From the IMG/VR virus record IMGVR_UViG_3300033076_000283, positions 1-29,205 of that record: a stretch of DNA of 29,205 bases. One strand, given 5' to 3'. The stretch's first letter is position 1. Every line of letters begins with the position of its first letter. Under the pieces are notes generated by a model that saw only the letters and a program-made list of their open reading frames with translations, searched no databases and was not told the origin of the DNA. Source of the stretch: a virus (taxonomy: Duplodnaviria; Caudoviricetes). Positions 25,336-29,205 of the stretch are shown in pieces. Position numbers and translations under genes: made by a program.

Positions 25336-26952
25336 TTATCCTTGTGGGTTATAAGCCTTCTTCCAAGCAGGCTTATCACTGTCATCTTTGGGTTTGTAAT
25401 ATCTATCACGAGCAGCCGCCATGCGTTGCGCCGGAGTTCTGTTATCCCATGGTTCACAAATACCTTGCAAGCAAGCAAGTAATGCATAACGTGCTGAGTC
25501 AATTGTGTCGTCTGGGTCACTGAAACGTCCTTGTGCATCCACATAGTAGTTTTGTGCATCACTTAAAAATTGTGTGCAGTTTTCGTTTACCATTAGACTT
25601 CCAACTTCAAGCATTTGACGCATCTGGTTAATGCCATAACTCTTATGGTTAGTAACACGACCTTCGCTGTCAGGCGGGTTCATGATTGGCTTGTGATATA
25701 CGTTCAACTCATACGATTCAAATAGTTCTCGTATTGAACTACTACTCATAGTGTATCTGCCAGGAGTAGATGCATCAGCAGGTAGAACGATAGGAGTACC
25801 AAACACTTCAGGACGAAGCAAATGATTGATGTACTGAGAGGGGACAGCCTCTTCAATACCCTGCACAATGATTTGTCTATGTAGATAAGCAACTCGTTCA
25901 TATGGTTCCCAATACATTAAACTTATCACAGTTTGGTCATTCACCAAGCCCAAGTCAAGTGAGATAACTCTTTGAATATTTGGAATACGTGTAAAATCAA
26001 TTTGTCCTGTGGTGTATGTTGGCCATTCGCGCAACTGAAATACAGCACCTTTACCCATAACTGGTTTACCAGCAATACGTGCTTCGCGTTCATGCGGCAA
26101 GTAATCACGCTCTAACTGACGGCGAGTCTCCTTCAGTAGGAATGGCATGCCCCAAGGATCATACTCAGGAACATCATCCCAACTTACACGAATAAATTCA
26201 TATCCTTCTTCTTTGTTCCAGAACTTTGATACTAGACCGTTCAAGCCTTTTAGCGGGGTGAAAGAACATAATACCTTGCCTTGCGTAGTAGCAGTACGTG
26301 TAACAATTTCACTGAAGAAGTCATCTGGTGGCTGTTCATCAAATACTGCAAGGTTCAATTTGAAACCCTGTAGTTGACGAACTTCCTGCGTATAGTTTGC
26401 AAATAACAAGTAGGAGTTTGCCCCACTAGTATGTTTGATCTCCACACCAATACAGTTAGCACCATCGTTACGCATAGTGTCTGTAATAATGCAGTCGCGA
26501 GGAATGAAACCCGTGCCTAAGTTCTCTGTAATCTTAACATCTTGGGTTCCCAGCAGTTCATTCTGTAATACAAGCGCAACCTGTGACCAACCTTCGCCTG
26601 CTACCATGCAAGTGATGGGCTTGTCAAAGCGATAGCCATTCCACCATTCAGGATAGCGTCCTGTTAGGTGCATGGCTGTCTCAGCACAAGTGCTTACTGT
26701 TTTACCAATACGGTTTGCGGCTAGAATGCCACGGCGTTCACTATTTCCTGTTGCAAAGAAAGTTAACTGATGTTCAAATGGACGAAAGTACTTTAGTTGA
26801 TCATACTTCATATCCTCTGCTACATCAATTACTAGATCCTGCATTAGATTTTGCAAGTTGCTTGGCCAGCGCAGATACGTCTCTGGAGCAACACTATTCT
26901 TATCTAGTGAAAAACGCAAGGCACGAGCCATTAAGGTTTCTGTGCCTATCAT
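25336..26952 (-). CDS. terL: Terminase large subunit
   Basis: Walker A AANRIGKT, Walker B LAVFDEQP, FTP coupling motif, nuclease SLDLG and DDTIDSARY. Confidence 0.93.
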   Translation of the reverse strand: MIGTETLMARALRFSLDKNSVAPETYLRWPSNLQNLMQDLVIDVAEDMKYDQLKYFRPFEHQLTFFATGNSERRGILAANRIGKTVSTCAETAMHLTGRYPEWWNGYRFDKPITCMVAGEGWSQVALVLQNELLGTQDVKITENLGTGFIPRDCIITDTMRNDGANCIGVEIKHTSGANSYLLFANYTQEVRQLQGFKLNLAVFDEQPPDDFFSEIVTRTATTQGKVLCSFTPLKGLNGLVSKFWNKEEGYEFIRVSWDDVPEYDPWGMPFLLKETRRQLERDYLPHEREARIAGKPVMGKGAVFQLREWPTYTTGQIDFTRIPNIQRVISLDLGLVNDQTVISLMYWEPYERVAYLHRQIIVQGIEEAVPSQYINHLLRPEVFGTPIVLPADASTPGRYTMSSSSIRELFESYELNVYHKPIMNPPDSEGRVTNHKSYGINQMRQMLEVGSLMVNENCTQFLSDAQNYYVDAQGRFSDPDDTIDSARYALLACLQGICEPWDNRTPAQRMAAARDRYYKPKDDSDKPAWKKAYNPQG

Positions 26953-26953
26953 A

Positions 26954-27154
26954 TTATTCCTTTGGTTCGTTATCTAAGAATTCGTTTAGAACATCACGTA
27001 GGAATACTAAGTCGTAGCGGTCAAATGTATATTCTAGAACAACAGGACGACCTTCGTCTCTGTTTAAAATGAATTGTAGTGGTAATACATTACGTGCTTT
27101 CCAGCGACCAATAACGTCAAGAGCGCTGTCTTCATTACTTGCTATGTTCTTCAT
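26954..27154 (-). CDS. Hypothetical protein
   Basis: Probable start MKNIAS after SD GGAGG; 66 aa. Confidence 0.55.
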   Translation of the reverse strand: MKNIASNEDSALDVIGRWKARNVLPLQFILNRDEGRPVVLEYTFDRYDLVFLRDVLNEFLDNEPKE

Positions 27155-27458
27155 TGCTAACCTCCGTAGGATACATTTGATTGATAACACTTAGGTGCCA
27201 TAAGGCATTACTAAGTTCAGCAATTTCTTCTGCTGTGCAGTTCCATGTGTTTGGATCTGCTAAGTCAGTTGGCTTTCTTGTTAAAACTGCTTGCAAGCGT
27301 TCAGCGGTTAAACGCATACAATGTTCAACTTGACCAGGGAAGCGTGTTTTAAACGCATCCCTGTGAGCCGCATTGACTTTCTGCATGATAAGCGTGTCAC
27401 GAACAATGCGTTCTTGTTGCGCTTGATGAATCATGCCGTCACGGGCTTCGTTACTCAT
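27135..27458 (-). CDS. Hypothetical helical protein (terminase small subunit candidate by position only)
   Basis: Start MSNEAR by TAATG overlap; 107 aa; near terL. Confidence 0.45.
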   Translation of the reverse strand: MSNEARDGMIHQAQQERIVRDTLIMQKVNAAHRDAFKTRFPGQVEHCMRLTAERLQAVLTRKPTDLADPNTWNCTAEEIAELSNALWHLSVINQMYPTEVSNEEHSK

Positions 27459-28273
27459 TACTTCAAGTCCCATGGGTTGTGTACAACAGAATCATTCAAT
27501 GAGATGAATTCACGGTCAATCCATACTTCCCACTGATTAGATTTGTTAACTTTAAAGCCTTGCATCATAGCACGTAGGCGTTTACCTTGTGGTGTTAGTG
27601 TGCCATCTTCACGCATGATAACTTGCTCACCTGTGCGTGGGTCAACCCACTTGATAACTTCAGGACGAGTGCGACCAAACTTGTCAATCTTCTCGCCGTA
27701 TGGTCGTTGCTCTAGAGGACCTAGAATTTCATAACTGATCATACCATTGTTGTATTTGCGGAACAACATGCTGACCTTTTTATCTTGTGCTCGTGCTTCT
27801 TCATCAGGATGTGGAACAACTGGACTTAAGAAAACGTTTTGCACTTGTTTACGATCTGGCAATGAACTATCACGTGCTGGTGGTTCCTTGATTGGGTCAA
27901 TAGGAACTAGTTCTGTGCGGTCAATGTATGGGTTGTCGCTACCAATGAATTTAGGATCTACTTGCTCGCCGTTAAGCACATCCATAGCAACTTGATACTT
28001 TAGTTTGTTAGCACGACCTTTTAAACTTAGCACAATGCCAGTTTCATCGTAAACAAAACGTTCTAGTTCTGTTGCTGTTGGGAAGTCAGTCATCAAGCCA
28101 TCAATGTCATATTCACCAGCATTAATAGATGCAGGTGCCGCTGGCGCTGAAACTTGAGGAGTTACAATCCATTCAGTTTTGTTTTTCTTTGAGGTTTTTG
28201 TTGGAGCCTTCTCAGGTGTCGCTTCTACTGGAGCGTCCCAAGGATTGTCCGTTGGAGTGTTTGATTTTTGCAT
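27458..28273 (-). CDS. Hypothetical late protein
   Basis: 271 aa, SD AAAGGA, NPWD motif near both termini. Confidence 0.65.
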   Translation of the reverse strand: MQKSNTPTDNPWDAPVEATPEKAPTKTSKKNKTEWIVTPQVSAPAAPASINAGEYDIDGLMTDFPTATELERFVYDETGIVLSLKGRANKLKYQVAMDVLNGEQVDPKFIGSDNPYIDRTELVPIDPIKEPPARDSSLPDRKQVQNVFLSPVVPHPDEEARAQDKKVSMLFRKYNNGMISYEILGPLEQRPYGEKIDKFGRTRPEVIKWVDPRTGEQVIMREDGTLTPQGKRLRAMMQGFKVNKSNQWEVWIDREFISLNDSVVHNPWDLK

Positions 28274-28328
28274 GTCTTTTCCTTTTCTATGCGATAAGCA
28301 AGGGAAGTCTGTTCCCTTGCTGTATTTT

Positions 28329-28335
28329 TATTTAG
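28329..28335 (-). promoter_or_regulatory. CTAAATA late-type promoter motif
   Basis: GCTAAATA overlapping the upstream TAA, followed by a 10-bp hairpin (28297-28321) and an SD. Confidence 0.55.
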
Positions 28336-29045
28336 CGTACTCTTGGGCGAGTGATGCCAGTTCTAACGCCAGGAGCATTAGGTGGAGCAAAACGATTTTG
28401 CTGTAGTGGTGTCATTTGACGATTAGTTGTAGGAACAACTGCTTGTCTGCCTTGCATTGCACCATAACTTAAATCATTCATACGTGGGCCTGGAGCAGGT
28501 GTTCTACCTGGCATAGCAATACCTTGCATACCGCCTACTGGTGCACGACCTTGATTGCCAAACATTCCTTGTGGAGCATTAGGTGCCAATGGATTACGTG
28601 CCGCAGTATTTGCTGGAGGACTGAACATGCCAATTTGACCAATACCAATTTGTGAACGGTCAATAGGACTTAGTGCGCCAAAGCCAGGAGGCAATTGGCC
28701 TGTACCTTGTGTAAATGGTTGTTGCTGTCCAGGCGCTTGTTGCATTGGCTGTGACACAGGTGGGTTCTGTGATGGAACTGGAGACTGCGCTGCCATTGGA
28801 TCTTGCGTAGGAGCAAACTGATTATCAATTGGCGCTGGACCAAAGCCAATGCCAACTCCAGGAGGCATTGCACCACTCTTACCACCAGGCATACCAACAG
28901 AAGGCAAACCGCTTGCTGGAGGCATTTGCTGTGCATTAGGATCCATAGCATTTAACTGCGTAGGATCTTGTGCGTTAGGATCTTGTTCAATTGGTGCTGG
29001 ACCAAAGCCAATGCTAACGTTTGGTGGTAAAGTTGTCATTCCCAT
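28332..29045 (-). CDS. Pro/Gln/Gly/Met-rich, probably disordered protein
   Basis: 237 aa, duplicated PPxVxIGFGPAPI motif, Arg-rich end (TRPRVR). Confidence 0.6.
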   Translation of the reverse strand: MGMTTLPPNVSIGFGPAPIEQDPNAQDPTQLNAMDPNAQQMPPASGLPSVGMPGGKSGAMPPGVGIGFGPAPIDNQFAPTQDPMAAQSPVPSQNPPVSQPMQQAPGQQQPFTQGTGQLPPGFGALSPIDRSQIGIGQIGMFSPPANTAARNPLAPNAPQGMFGNQGRAPVGGMQGIAMPGRTPAPGPRMNDLSYGAMQGRQAVVPTTNRQMTPLQQNRFAPPNAPGVRTGITRPRVR

Positions 29046-29205
29046 TATCGTGTTCTCGTTCTTGTGTATTGATTGCTTATCACCGTCTTAGGTGCAGGCT
29101 TTGGTGCTGGAGCAGGTGCTGCCTTAGGTGCAGTAGTTGTAACTGCGGCAAATGGTGATGGCTTAGGTGCTGGCTTGGGTGCTGTCACTGCTGGCTTGGG
29201 CGCTG
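29045..29205 (-). CDS. 3' end of an Ala/Pro/Lys-rich protein (partial)
   Basis: Hand translation ...APKPAVTAPKPAPKP...NQYTRTRTR*; TAATG overlap with the next gene. Confidence 0.6.
   Translation of the reverse strand, partial: APKPAVTAPKPAPKPSPFAAVTTTAPKAAPAPAPKPAPKTVISNQYTRTRTR

Overview
Fragment of a tailed-phage genome with podovirus-type morphogenesis genes, all convincing CDSs on the minus strand. Reading right to left: two low-complexity proteins, unknown ORFs, large terminase, portal, scaffold, major capsid (DUF5309/SU10-like), enlarged head-tail adaptor, repeat-rich tail fibre, holin-like pair, then a ~4.8 kb non-structural island (8.4-13.2 kb), then tail nozzle-like protein, a second tail protein, a GNAT, and three ejection-type proteins, the last with a lytic transglycosylase domain. 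The island holds an HTH protein, tRNA-Gln(UUG), an IHF site, a structured plus-strand RNA, two matching sigma70 promoters, a hairpin/iteron origin-like region and small membrane proteins. The strongest unusual signal is a T4-late-promoter-like CTAAATA motif just upstream of eight genes, while no sigma factor, polymerase, helicase, primase, integrase or endolysin is recognisable in the window. My working hypothesis (inference; the window is not the whole genome) is a virion-autonomous satellite that borrows late transcription and replication from a large T4-like helper phage. All family assignments are from motif recognition by eye, not database searches.
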